A stretch of 14,099 bases of DNA from NCBI GenBank assembly GCA_038213805.1, contig JBBQSO010000116.1:1-14099 (forward strand). The letters run 5' to 3'. The position numbers and the translations under genes were made by a program. This document shows, piece by piece, positions 1 through 8,600 of this stretch. The notes beneath the pieces were generated by a model. The model saw only the letters and a list, made by a program, of their open reading frames with translations, had not been told where the DNA came from and did no database searches. Position 1 is the first letter of the stretch, and every line of letters starts with the position of its first letter. This DNA comes from Planctomycetota bacterium. Lineage in GTDB: Bacteria > Planctomycetota > UBA11346.

Positions 1-206
1 GGCGCGCATCGGGTGGAGAGCGCGCCAGCGGCGCGCGGTCCCAGGAATGGCCCTGACGTCTGCTGCGGCGTGCGCGGGCCGCACGCGCGGGTTAGGACGG
101 AATCCACCTGCTATCCGGACGATCCTGGCACCTGGCCAACAGGCCGGAGCAGACGGGGTAGATGCCTGGTGCGCAGGGCAGGCCACGCCCTGCGCGAGGG
201 GGACCC

Positions 207-1889
207 ATGCGCAGCACCGTGCTGACCGCGCTCATCGGATTGCTCATGCTTGCGGGCGCGGCGGCGCGCGCTGCGGACGAGGGCGTAGTCAACCAGGTGA
301 AGGAATGGACCTTCACCTCGTCCAAGTCCTACGCGGATCCGTTCAACGAACTCGACGTCGACATGCTCGTCACCACGCCCGCCGGTGCGGAGCAGCGGGT
401 GCCGGCGTTCTGGGGCGGCGGGCAGACGTGGCGCGTGCGCTACGCGTCGCCGCAGGCGGGCACCTACCGCTGGAAGCTGGCCTGCTCGGATGCGGCGAAC
501 ACGAACCTCGCCGGTGTCAGCGGCACCCTCGAGCTGAAAGCGTACGCGGGTGACAATCCGCTGTGGTTGCACGGCCCGGTGCAGGTGGCGGCGGACAAGC
601 GCCACCTGTCCTACGCCGACGGTACGCCGTTCTTCTGGCTGGGCGACACCTGGTGGACGGGCCTGGGCCACCGCCTGCACTGGCCGGATGAGTTCCAGCG
701 CCTCGCGGCGGACCGCAGGCAGAAGGGCTTCACCGTCATCCAGATCGTCGCCGGGCTCTACCCCGACATGCATCCCTTCGACCCGCGTGGCGCCAACGAG
801 GCCGGCTTCCCGTGGGAGAAGGACTACACGCGCATCAACCCCGCGTACTGGGACGCCGCCGACCGGCGCCTCTTCCACTTGGTCGAGCAGGGCTTCACGC
901 CGTGCATCGTCGGCGCGTGGGGCTATTTCCTGCCATGGCTGGGCGTGGACAAGATGAAGAAGCATTGGCGCCACCTGATCGCGCGCTACGGCGCGCTGCC
1001 GGTGGTGTGGTGCGCCGCGGGCGAGGCCAACCTGCCGTGGTACCTAGCCAAGGGCTTCCCCTACGACGACCGCGGGCAGGTCACCGGCTGGACCGAGGTG
1101 ATGCGCGCCATCCGCGCCACCGATCCCTGGCACCGCCCGCTGACCATCCACCCCACCGGCATCGGCCGCCTGTCAGCGCGCCACGCCACCGATGACGTCG
1201 GCACCCTCGACTTCGACATGCTGCAGACTCCGCACGGCCAGCGCGAGGCGGTCGAGCCGACGCTGCGCACCGTGAAGGAGTCGTACGCCGACACGCCGGT
1301 CATGCCGGTGATCAACGGCGAGGCGTCGTACGAGATGCTCGGCGACACCATCCCGGCGCGCTGGACGCGGCAGATGTTCTGGGTGTGCATGCTGCAGGGC
1401 GCCGCCGGCCACACCTATGGCGCCAACGGCATCTGGCAGCTCAACCGTCGTGGCGATCCGCACGGTGGCTCACCGCACCATCCGCCCGGCAGCACCGGCT
1501 ACGGCATCATCCCGTGGGACGACGCGATGAACCTGCCTGGCTCGACCCAGGTCGGCCTGGGCAAGGCGCTGTTCCTGCGCTATCCGTGGCAGAGCTTCGT
1601 GCCGCACGGCGAGTGGGCCACCTGGGCCGGAGCCGCCGCCAATCCCCCGCTGGTGGGATTGTGCGCCAGCGGCAGCGACCTGGTGCGGTTCGTCTATGTG
1701 CCTGAACTACACGCGGTGACGCTCGCGCATCTCGATGCCGGTGCGGCTTGGCGCGCGTCGGTTTTCGATCCGGTCAGTGGCCGCATCACCGCCCTTGGCG
1801 CGCTCACTGTCGCTGCGGATGGCACCTGCACGGTGCCGGCGCCTGCGCAGGACAACGCGGAAGACTGGGTGGTCGTGGTGGAGCGTTAA
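207..1889 (+). CDS. Secreted DUF5060/DUF4038 (apiosidase-like, putative glycoside hydrolase) protein with C-terminal putative collagen-binding-type domain, 560 aa
   Basis: ATG at 207 follows GAGGGGG and opens a Sec-type signal peptide (MRSTVLTALIGLLMLAGAAARA-ADE). N-domain 'YADPFNELDVD...VPAFWGGGQTWRVRYASPQAGTYRW' fits DUF5060. 'DGTPFFWLGDTWW', 'RRQKGFTVIQ', 'PVINGEASYE' and 'GAAGHTYGANGIWQ' fit DUF4038. C-terminal 'FDPVSG...DWVVVVE' fits the usual tail domain. Family call is by motif recall; substrate unknown. Confidence 0.85.
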   Translation: MRSTVLTALIGLLMLAGAAARAADEGVVNQVKEWTFTSSKSYADPFNELDVDMLVTTPAGAEQRVPAFWGGGQTWRVRYASPQAGTYRWKLACSDAANTNLAGVSGTLELKAYAGDNPLWLHGPVQVAADKRHLSYADGTPFFWLGDTWWTGLGHRLHWPDEFQRLAADRRQKGFTVIQIVAGLYPDMHPFDPRGANEAGFPWEKDYTRINPAYWDAADRRLFHLVEQGFTPCIVGAWGYFLPWLGVDKMKKHWRHLIARYGALPVVWCAAGEANLPWYLAKGFPYDDRGQVTGWTEVMRAIRATDPWHRPLTIHPTGIGRLSARHATDDVGTLDFDMLQTPHGQREAVEPTLRTVKESYADTPVMPVINGEASYEMLGDTIPARWTRQMFWVCMLQGAAGHTYGANGIWQLNRRGDPHGGSPHHPPGSTGYGIIPWDDAMNLPGSTQVGLGKALFLRYPWQSFVPHGEWATWAGAAANPPLVGLCASGSDLVRFVYVPELHAVTLAHLDAGAAWRASVFDPVSGRITALGALTVAADGTCTVPAPAQDNAEDWVVVVER

Positions 1890-1916
1890 AGCGGGCGCTG
1901 TGCGCAGCTCGTCGGC

Positions 1917-3320
1917 TCAGCGGATCTTCGCCGGCCAGCGCTTTTCCGGGGTTCCATCTTGCGTCGCGCCATTCGGCGCAGTGCGCGGATCCGGGGTCGG
2001 CGCGGCGCGCTGTGGAACCACCACAGGAGGCGGCGACGGGCGCGGCGCCGCTACCGCAGCAGGCGACGGGCGCGGCGCGACCTGTACAGCAGGCGGCGCG
2101 GGTCGCGGCGCGAGCGGCGGTGGGGTCGCGGGCATCGGGCGGCCCGCGCCGGGTGCAGGCGCGAATGTGGGCGGCGTCGCGGGCATGGGCCGGCCCGGTG
2201 CGGAGGTCGGGCCGACGGGCGGCGGTGAGGCCGGCAGCGGTCGCCCAGGCGTGGTCGCCAACGGTGGCTGAGGGCGCGGGCTGGGTGCAACCGGCGTCGG
2301 GTGCGGCCAGGCCGGCCGCGCTGCGGGCGGCGGTGCGACGACGGGGGGCGCGGACTGCGGCGCGCTGGGCTGCGCCGCGGGCAGGGTCACGACCTGCGCC
2401 GCAGGTGCTGGTGCAGGCGCTGCCGGTGGCGTGGTGAACGGCGAAGGCGTGGGATTGCCGCCGGGATGCGGGCGCCACGGCTGCCGCGCGGGCGGCGTCG
2501 ACGCGGGCGCGACGACGGGCGCCGGTGGGCGTGAGATCGGCGGAGCCGTCGGCGGCGAAGTCACGACCTGGACAGCCGGGGCCGGCGCCGCTGGCGCAAT
2601 CGGCAGGCTCGCCGAGGCCGTCGGTATGGTAAACGGCGCCGGCGTCGGATTGCCGCCGGGATGCGGGTGCCACGGCTGGCGTTCGGGCGGTATTGCAGGG
2701 CTCGCGACCGGCGGATGGACGGGATACTGTGGGCGCTCCGGGCGCGGCCGGGGACGGTAGCCATAGCCGGGTTCGTAGATGTAGATCGGCTCCTGCTCGA
2801 CGATTACCACCGGCGGCTGCGCGATATAGACGGGTACGGGCACCTCAACGATGGTCGGAGGCTGCGGCGGTGCAGGGACGATCACCACCGGCGGCGCACT
2901 GGGCGGTTCGGGCGGCAGACCGCGCGGGCCGTCGGGCGGACCGGGCGGTAGACCCCTTGGACCGTCGGGTGGCCCGGGCGGCAGATCACCAGGTGTTTGC
3001 GCAAAATCCTGGCCTTGAGCCGGAGGCTCTGGCACAGGCGGCAGCTCCGGCCCGAGTGGGGCGGGAGCGTGCGCGGCTGGCGGCAGGAGCGGCTCCCATT
3101 CCAGGCTGCCGGTCTGCGGCGACGCGGCGCGGCCGGGGATGGGCTGCTGCAGCGCGAACGACGGCATCCACTCGCTCGGATTGTGAGCGGCCACCACGAC
3201 CGGAGCGGCAACACGCTGTGGCGCGCTCGCAGGTTCGGCCAGGCGGGTGATGCCGTACGTGAGGGCCGCGGAGGCCGAGGTGCTGACCAGCATGGCGATG
3301 ACGATGGGGCGGATGGCCAT
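1917..3320 (-). CDS. Hypothetical Pro/Ala-rich repeat protein with a single N-terminal hydrophobic segment, 467 aa
   Basis: ATG at 3320 is preceded by a strong RBS (cgcaGGAGGacgcagcc-ATG). N-terminus MAIRPIVIAMLVSTSASAALTYGIT is hydrophobic. Internal repeats diverge mostly at synonymous sites. The stop lies 27 nt from the convergent gene's stop. Confidence 0.8.
   Translation of the reverse strand: MAIRPIVIAMLVSTSASAALTYGITRLAEPASAPQRVAAPVVVAAHNPSEWMPSFALQQPIPGRAASPQTGSLEWEPLLPPAAHAPAPLGPELPPVPEPPAQGQDFAQTPGDLPPGPPDGPRGLPPGPPDGPRGLPPEPPSAPPVVIVPAPPQPPTIVEVPVPVYIAQPPVVIVEQEPIYIYEPGYGYRPRPRPERPQYPVHPPVASPAIPPERQPWHPHPGGNPTPAPFTIPTASASLPIAPAAPAPAVQVVTSPPTAPPISRPPAPVVAPASTPPARQPWRPHPGGNPTPSPFTTPPAAPAPAPAAQVVTLPAAQPSAPQSAPPVVAPPPAARPAWPHPTPVAPSPRPQPPLATTPGRPLPASPPPVGPTSAPGRPMPATPPTFAPAPGAGRPMPATPPPLAPRPAPPAVQVAPRPSPAAVAAPRPSPPPVVVPQRAAPTPDPRTAPNGATQDGTPEKRWPAKIR
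2433..2690 (-). repeat. Two dispersed 63-bp coding repeats (2433-2495 and 2628-2690) encoding PP(E/A)RQPW(H/R)PHPGGNPTP(A/S)PFT
   Basis: Direct comparison: copies are 195 nt (65 codons) apart; of 21 codons, 4 differ synonymously and 3 non-synonymously. Confidence 0.9.
2911..2985 (-). repeat. 33-bp tandem coding repeat (about 2.3 copies) encoding LPPGPPDGPRG
   Basis: Units 2911-2943 and 2944-2976 plus a partial third; 7 nucleotide differences, all synonymous in the minus-strand frame. Confidence 0.9.
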
Positions 3321-3657
3321 GGCTGCGTCCTCCTGCGGACGTGGGAAGCGGGCGCCGGGGAGCATCCGCAGGGTACCAAGGTCACCGGTGGGGATGGCGT
3401 ACCGCGGCAGAGACGGACCTTGGGAAGAGGGTGGGACGGGGGAAGGAAGGAATGGGCGAGCGCTCAACTCTCATTGCTCGAAAGCCGGGTAGTTCTCGCG
3501 ATGGGTCTCGAGCATCGTGTCCGCGTCGTGAAGGTGACGATCCGCGAGGGCATGGAGGGCTACGGAGCGGAGAGATCATAGGTCTGAAATGCGCGTCTCA
3601 GAGGTTTTGCCGAAGGTTGGCAGGGTCACGGGGAAAGCATCGGTTAAAATCATAAAG

Positions 3658-3685
3658 TTATAACATATAGAATATTATGACTTAT
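3658..3685 (-). other. Candidate dif-like (XerC/XerD-type) 11-6-11 site in an AT-rich patch
   Basis: Minus strand reads ATAAGTCATAA-TATTCT-ATATGTTATAA versus E. coli dif GGTGCGCATAA-TGTATA-TTATGTTAAAT: right arm 8/11 identical, inner CATAA of the left arm conserved, 6-bp spacer. Confidence 0.35.
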
Positions 3686-3742
3686 TTATAGGTGAGGCAG
3701 AGTTCATGGTTCACTGACGAGACATTTATAGACCCTTGTTTG

Positions 3743-3762
3743 TCTACCTATAGGTAGGTAGA
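3743..3762. promoter_or_regulatory. Probable TetR operator: TCTACCTA-tagg-TAGGTAGA (8-4-8 perfect inverted repeat)
   Basis: Perfect 8-bp arms ending 11 nt before the TetR ATG; also contains the nested perfect palindrome CTACCTATAGGTAG (3744-3757). Lies just downstream of TTGTTT (3736-3741), a possible -35 element. Confidence 0.75.
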
Positions 3763-3773
3763 GCCTCCCACCC

Positions 3774-4358
3774 ATGAACCCCGCCATTAGCAACACGCGT
3801 GAGCAGCTCCTCGCAGCGGCGGTCGACCTGCTCCAGCGGGTCGGCTACGCGTCGTTCAGCTTTCGCGACCTCGCCGAGGTGGTGGGCATCCGTACCGCCA
3901 GCATCCACTACCACTTCCCGTCCAAGGCCGATCTCGGTCTCGCGCTGATCGACTTCCTGCGCGACTACACCCGCGCGCGCGAGCGCGAGATGCGCGACCA
4001 GCATCCTGATGTGTGCGCGCGGCTCCTCGCCCTCGCCGACCGCATCGCCGAGAAGTGCGTCGATCAGCGCTCCTGCCCGATGAACATCCTGCAGGCCGAG
4101 TACGCGGTGCTGCCGCCGGCCATGCAGCAGGCTCTGCACACCCTGATCGACGAGAAGCTGCAGCTCATCGGAGCCTGGCTTGACGAGGGCCGCGCCGCCG
4201 GCCAGTTGCGTTTCCCAGGCTCTGCCATCGCCCAGGCCCAGCTGGTGTGGTCGGTGATCGAGTACGGCAGCCAGCTCGCCCGCTCGCATCCCGACCGCAC
4301 GCTGCACGCCTTGGTGCGCCAGCTCGTCGACACCATGTCCCCCGCGAAATCCCCCTGA
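3774..4358 (+). CDS. TetR/AcrR-family transcriptional regulator (NemR/YxaF-like subgroup), 194 aa
   Basis: N-terminal HTH 'TREQLLAAAVDLLQRVGYASFSFRDLAEVVGIRTASIHYHFPSKADL'; C-domain 'SCPMNILQAEY...LDEGRAAGQL'; first gene of an RND operon. Confidence 0.95.
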   Translation: MNPAISNTREQLLAAAVDLLQRVGYASFSFRDLAEVVGIRTASIHYHFPSKADLGLALIDFLRDYTRAREREMRDQHPDVCARLLALADRIAEKCVDQRSCPMNILQAEYAVLPPAMQQALHTLIDEKLQLIGAWLDEGRAAGQLRFPGSAIAQAQLVWSVIEYGSQLARSHPDRTLHALVRQLVDTMSPAKSP

Positions 4359-4399
4359 TCACGATACCCGGTCACCGCCGACCCGCTCCCGGAGTTCCC

Positions 4400-5668
4400 A
4401 TGCGCATCACCGCCCATCCCGTCGCCACCCTCGCCCTCGTCGGCGCCACTCTCGCCGCGCTCGCCTCGTGCGGCGGTCAGCCCGAGGCGCACGGCGGCGG
4501 CATGCCGCCGCCGCCGGTCGGCGTCGCCGCGCCGCTCAAGCGCGACCTGCCGGTGGTGCGCGAGATGACCGGCCGCCTCGAAGCGGTCGAGACCGTCGAA
4601 CTGCGCCCGCGCGTCAGCGGCGTCGTCGAACGGGTGCTGGTCAGCGATGGCGCCGAGGTGAAGGTCGGTGACGTCATCCTGGAGATCGACCAGCGCGTGT
4701 TCGTCGCCAACGCCGCCAAGGCCGAGGCCGACGTGGCGCGCGCCGCCTCGCGCCTCGACCAGGCGCACATCCTGTTCGGCCGCGCCAAGACCCTGGTCGA
4801 GCAGAAGATCGTTTCGCAGCAGGCCTTCGACGACGCCTCTGCAGCGGTGAAGACCGGCGAGGCGGAGGTCGCCGCGGCCAAGGCCACGCTGGTCTCGGCC
4901 CAGCTCGACCTGGGCTACACCAAGGTCACCGCGCCCGTCAGCGGACGCATCGGCAAGGTCGCGACCACCACCGGCAACCTCGTCCAGGGCGGCGGGCCGG
5001 TGCCGGCCACGCTGATCGCGACCATCGTCACCATCGATCCGGTCTACGCGGTCTTCGACCTCGACGAGACCACCTGGGCCACGGTCGGGGCGAGCCTACG
5101 CGCCTCCGCCGGCGGCGGCGCGGCCGTGCCTGTGGCAGTCGGCCTCGCCGGCGAGGCCGGCTTCCCGCACGCCGGGACGGTGGCCTTCGTCGACAACCAG
5201 ATCGACAGCGCCAGCGGCACCATCCGCATCCGCGCGCGGCTGGCCAACGCCGAGCGCCTGCTGGTGTCCGGCGCCTTCGCCCGCGTCCAGCTGCAGATCG
5301 CCCCACCGCGGCCGGTACTACTGATCAACGAGCGCGCGGTGCAATCGCAGCTCACCCTGCGCAACGTCCTGGTGGTCGACGACAAGGGCATCACCCAGTT
5401 CCGTCCGGTGAAGCTCGGCGACACCGTGGATCAGCTGCGCGTGGTCGAGAGCGGACTCGGCCCCGAGGACCGCATCGCGGTCAACAACCTGGCCAAGATC
5501 TTCTTCCCCGGCATGCCGGTGATGCCGCTGCCGGCGTCGATGCTGACGCTGCAGAACGACGCTCCACCGGCGGGTCCTGCGCCCGCCGGTGAGGCGCCCA
5601 AGCCCGCCGACGCCGCGGCCAAGCCGACCGCCGACGCCAAGCCCGAAGCCGAAGGGAAGCATCCGTGA
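4400..5668 (+). CDS. RND efflux periplasmic adaptor (MFP, AcrA/MexE-like lipoprotein), 422 aa
   Basis: GGAG RBS before ATG 4400; lipobox LAS-C after a hydrophobic stretch; motifs 'GRLEAVETVELRPRVSG', 'LDLGYTKVTAPVSGRIG' and 'FVDNQIDSASGTIRIRA'; GTGA overlap with the permease start. Confidence 0.95.
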   Translation: MRITAHPVATLALVGATLAALASCGGQPEAHGGGMPPPPVGVAAPLKRDLPVVREMTGRLEAVETVELRPRVSGVVERVLVSDGAEVKVGDVILEIDQRVFVANAAKAEADVARAASRLDQAHILFGRAKTLVEQKIVSQQAFDDASAAVKTGEAEVAAAKATLVSAQLDLGYTKVTAPVSGRIGKVATTTGNLVQGGGPVPATLIATIVTIDPVYAVFDLDETTWATVGASLRASAGGGAAVPVAVGLAGEAGFPHAGTVAFVDNQIDSASGTIRIRARLANAERLLVSGAFARVQLQIAPPRPVLLINERAVQSQLTLRNVLVVDDKGITQFRPVKLGDTVDQLRVVESGLGPEDRIAVNNLAKIFFPGMPVMPLPASMLTLQNDAPPAGPAPAGEAPKPADAAAKPTADAKPEAEGKHP

Positions 5669-8600
5669 GACTGCCCCAATACTTCATCGACCGTCCGATC
5701 TTCGCGACGGTGCTCTCGACGGTGATCGTGCTGCTTGGCGTGCTGGCCATGAACCGGCTGCCGATCAGCGAGTATCCCGAGGTCGTGCCGCCGACCATCG
5801 CGGTCAACGCCAACTACCCGGGCGCCAACCCCGAGACCATCTCCGCCACCGTCGCCGGTCCGCTCGAGCAGCAGATGACCGGCATCGACGGCATGCTCTA
5901 CCTGTTCTCGCAGAGCACCCTCGACGGCACCATGCAGCTGACCCTGACCTTCAAGATCGGCACCGATATCGACAAGGCGCTGGTCGAGGTCCAGAACCGC
6001 GTGCAGCGCGCCACGCCGCGCCTGCCGGAGGAGGTCCGCCGCCTGGGCGTGACCTCGAACAAGGCCACGCGCAACCTGCTGATGGTCGTCCATCTGCAGT
6101 CGCCCGACAGCAGCGTCGACATGCTGACCCTGTCCAACTACGCGCGCCTCTACGTCAAGGACCAGCTCGCCCGCCTGCCCGGCATCAGCGACGTGCCAGT
6201 GTTCGGCGCCGGCGAGTACAGCATGCGCATCTGGCTTGATCCGGAAAAGATGGCGGCGCGCAAGCTTGAGCCGCAGGACGTCGCCGCGGCGATCCGCGAG
6301 CAGAACGTGCAGATCGCCCCGGGCACCCTCGCCCAGCAGCCGGTCGACCGCGCCACCCCCTTCGAGATCACCATCACCACCCAGGGCCGCCTCACCGAGG
6401 TCGCCCAGTTCGAGCAGATCATCGTGCGCCGCGGCGCCGCCGGCCAGCTGGTGCGGCTGAAGGACGTCGCGCGCATCGAGCTCGGCGCCAACACCTACAG
6501 CCTGCGCAGTCTGCTCGCGATCAAGAAGACCGACAAGGAGGGCAAGGACATCTCCACCGGCATGGGCATCGCCACCGCGCTGCCGATCATCCAGTCGCCG
6601 GACTCCAACGCCCTCGAGGTCTCAGACCACGTGCGCGCCAAGATGAAGGAGCTCAGCGCCTCATTCCCCAAGGGCATCACCTACGAGATCGTCTACGATC
6701 CCACCCAGTTCATCCGCTCGTCGATCGAAGCGGTGGTGCACACCCTGATCGAGGCGGTGATCCTGGTGGTGATCGTGGTGATCATCTTCCTGCAGACGTG
6801 GCGCGCCTCGGTGATCCCGCTGATCGCCGTGCCGGTGTCGATCATCGGCACCTTCGCGATCATGTCGGCCCTGGGCTTCACCATCAACGCGTTGTCGCTG
6901 TTCGGCCTGGTGCTGGCCATCGGCATCGTTGTCGACGACGCCATCGTCGTGGTCGAGAACGTCGAGCGCAACATCGCCAACGGCCTGACCCCGCGCGACG
7001 CGACTCGGCAGGCGATGCGCGAGGTCTCGGGGCCGATCCTCGCGACAGCCCTGGTGCTGTGCTCGGTGTTCATCCCCACCGCCTTCATCAGCGGCCTGAC
7101 CGGGCAGTTCTTCCAGCAGTTCGCCCTGACCATCGCCATCTCGACGGTGATCTCGGCCTTCACCTCGCTGACCCTCAGCCCGGCGCTGGCCGCGCTGCTG
7201 CTCAAGCCGCACGGTGCGCGTCCCGACCTCTTCACCCGCTTCCTCAACCTGCTGTTCGGCTGGTTCTTCCGCCTCTTCAACCGCGCCTTCAATGCCTCGG
7301 CCAACGGCTATGTGGGCCTGACCCGGCGGGTTGTGCGCTTCAGCGCCATCGCCCTGGTCCTGTACGCGGGGCTGATGTACCTGACCTACGACCGCTTCAC
7401 CAGCACGCCGACCAGCTTCGTGCCGGCCCAGGACAAGGGCTATCTGATCTGCGTCGCCTTCCTGCCCAACGGCGCGTCGCTGGACCGCACCGAGAAGGTC
7501 ATCCGCCAGATGGGCGAGATCGCCATGAAGAACCCGGCGGTCGACGGCGCCGTGGCCTTCCCCGGCCTGTCCTTCAACGGCTTCACCAATAGCCCCAACA
7601 CCGGCATCGTCTTCGTGCGCCTCAAACCGTATGAGGAGCGCGCCAAGCTTGGCAAGGCCGGCTATGGCGAGGAGGTCGCCCACCAGATCCAGATGCCGTT
7701 CTTCGGCATCAACGACGCCCTGGTCCTGGCGCTGAATCCGCCACCGATCCTCGGCCTCGGTACCTCCGGTGGCTTCAAGCTGTTCATCCAGGACCGCGGC
7801 AACCTCGGCATCGAGGCGGTGTTCGGCGCCGTCCAGGCGGCGCTTGGCGAGGCGCGCGCGACCGGCAAGTTCGACGCCAACCACACCTTCACCTCGTTCA
7901 CCTTGAGCGTGCCGCGCGTCGCCGTCGACATCGACCGCGAGAAGGTCATCGCGCAGGGCATGCACCTGGGCGACGTCTACGACGCCCTGCAGGGCTATTT
8001 CGGCACCATCTACGCAAACGACTTCAACAAGTTCGGCCGTACCTGGCAGGTCAACATCCAGGGCGACGCGCAGTTCCGCCTCAAGAATGGCGATTTCCAG
8101 CGCATCAAGATCCGCAACTCCGCCGGCGACATGGTGCCGCTGTCCTCCTTCATCACCCTGCGCGAGACTGCGGGCCCCGAGCGGGCGATGCAGTACAACA
8201 CCTTCCCGGCGATCGAACTGCAGGGCGAGGCCGCGCCCGGGGTGAGCGGCGACGAGGCCAAGGCCAAGATGGAGGAGATCCTCACCCACTTGCCGCCGGG
8301 CATCGGCTACGAGTGGACCGAGATCACCTATCAGCAGATCCTTGCCGGCAACACCGCCGTGTACGTCTTCCCGATGTGCGTGCTGCTCGCCATCCTGGTG
8401 CTGGCCGCGTTCTACGAGAGCCTGTCGCTGCCCATGGCGATCGTGCTGATCGTGCCGATGTGCCTGCTCTCGGCGCTGCTCGGCGTCAACCTGGTGCACA
8501 GTGACAACAACATCATGACCCAGATCGGGCTGGTGGTGCTGGTCGGTCTGGCGTGCAAGAACGCCATCCTAATCGTCGAGTTCGCCAAGGAGGCGGAGGT

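Noticed and set aside
102..163. Possible long bulged hairpin in the leader of the first gene (ATCCACCTGCTATCCGG ... CCGGAGCAGACGGGGTAGAT)
   Set aside because: Needs several bulges and mismatches, matches no riboswitch I recognise, and such pairing is common at this GC content; an Rfam/Infernal search would settle it.
1917..3320. Idea that the AspH-like hydroxylase modifies the Pro-rich protein or that the repeats form a CRISPR or RiPP array
   Set aside because: The genes are about 8 kb apart in different transcription units; the repeats are in-frame coding duplications without constant repeat-spacer structure, and no cas or RiPP tailoring genes are present.
6661..8499. 612-aa minus-strand ORF (also 111-974, 8931-10010, 10839-11744, 13139-13789, 13525-14070)
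   Set aside because: Antisense shadows of well-supported genes; long stop-free frames are expected opposite GC3-rich coding DNA, and the translations show no family motifs.
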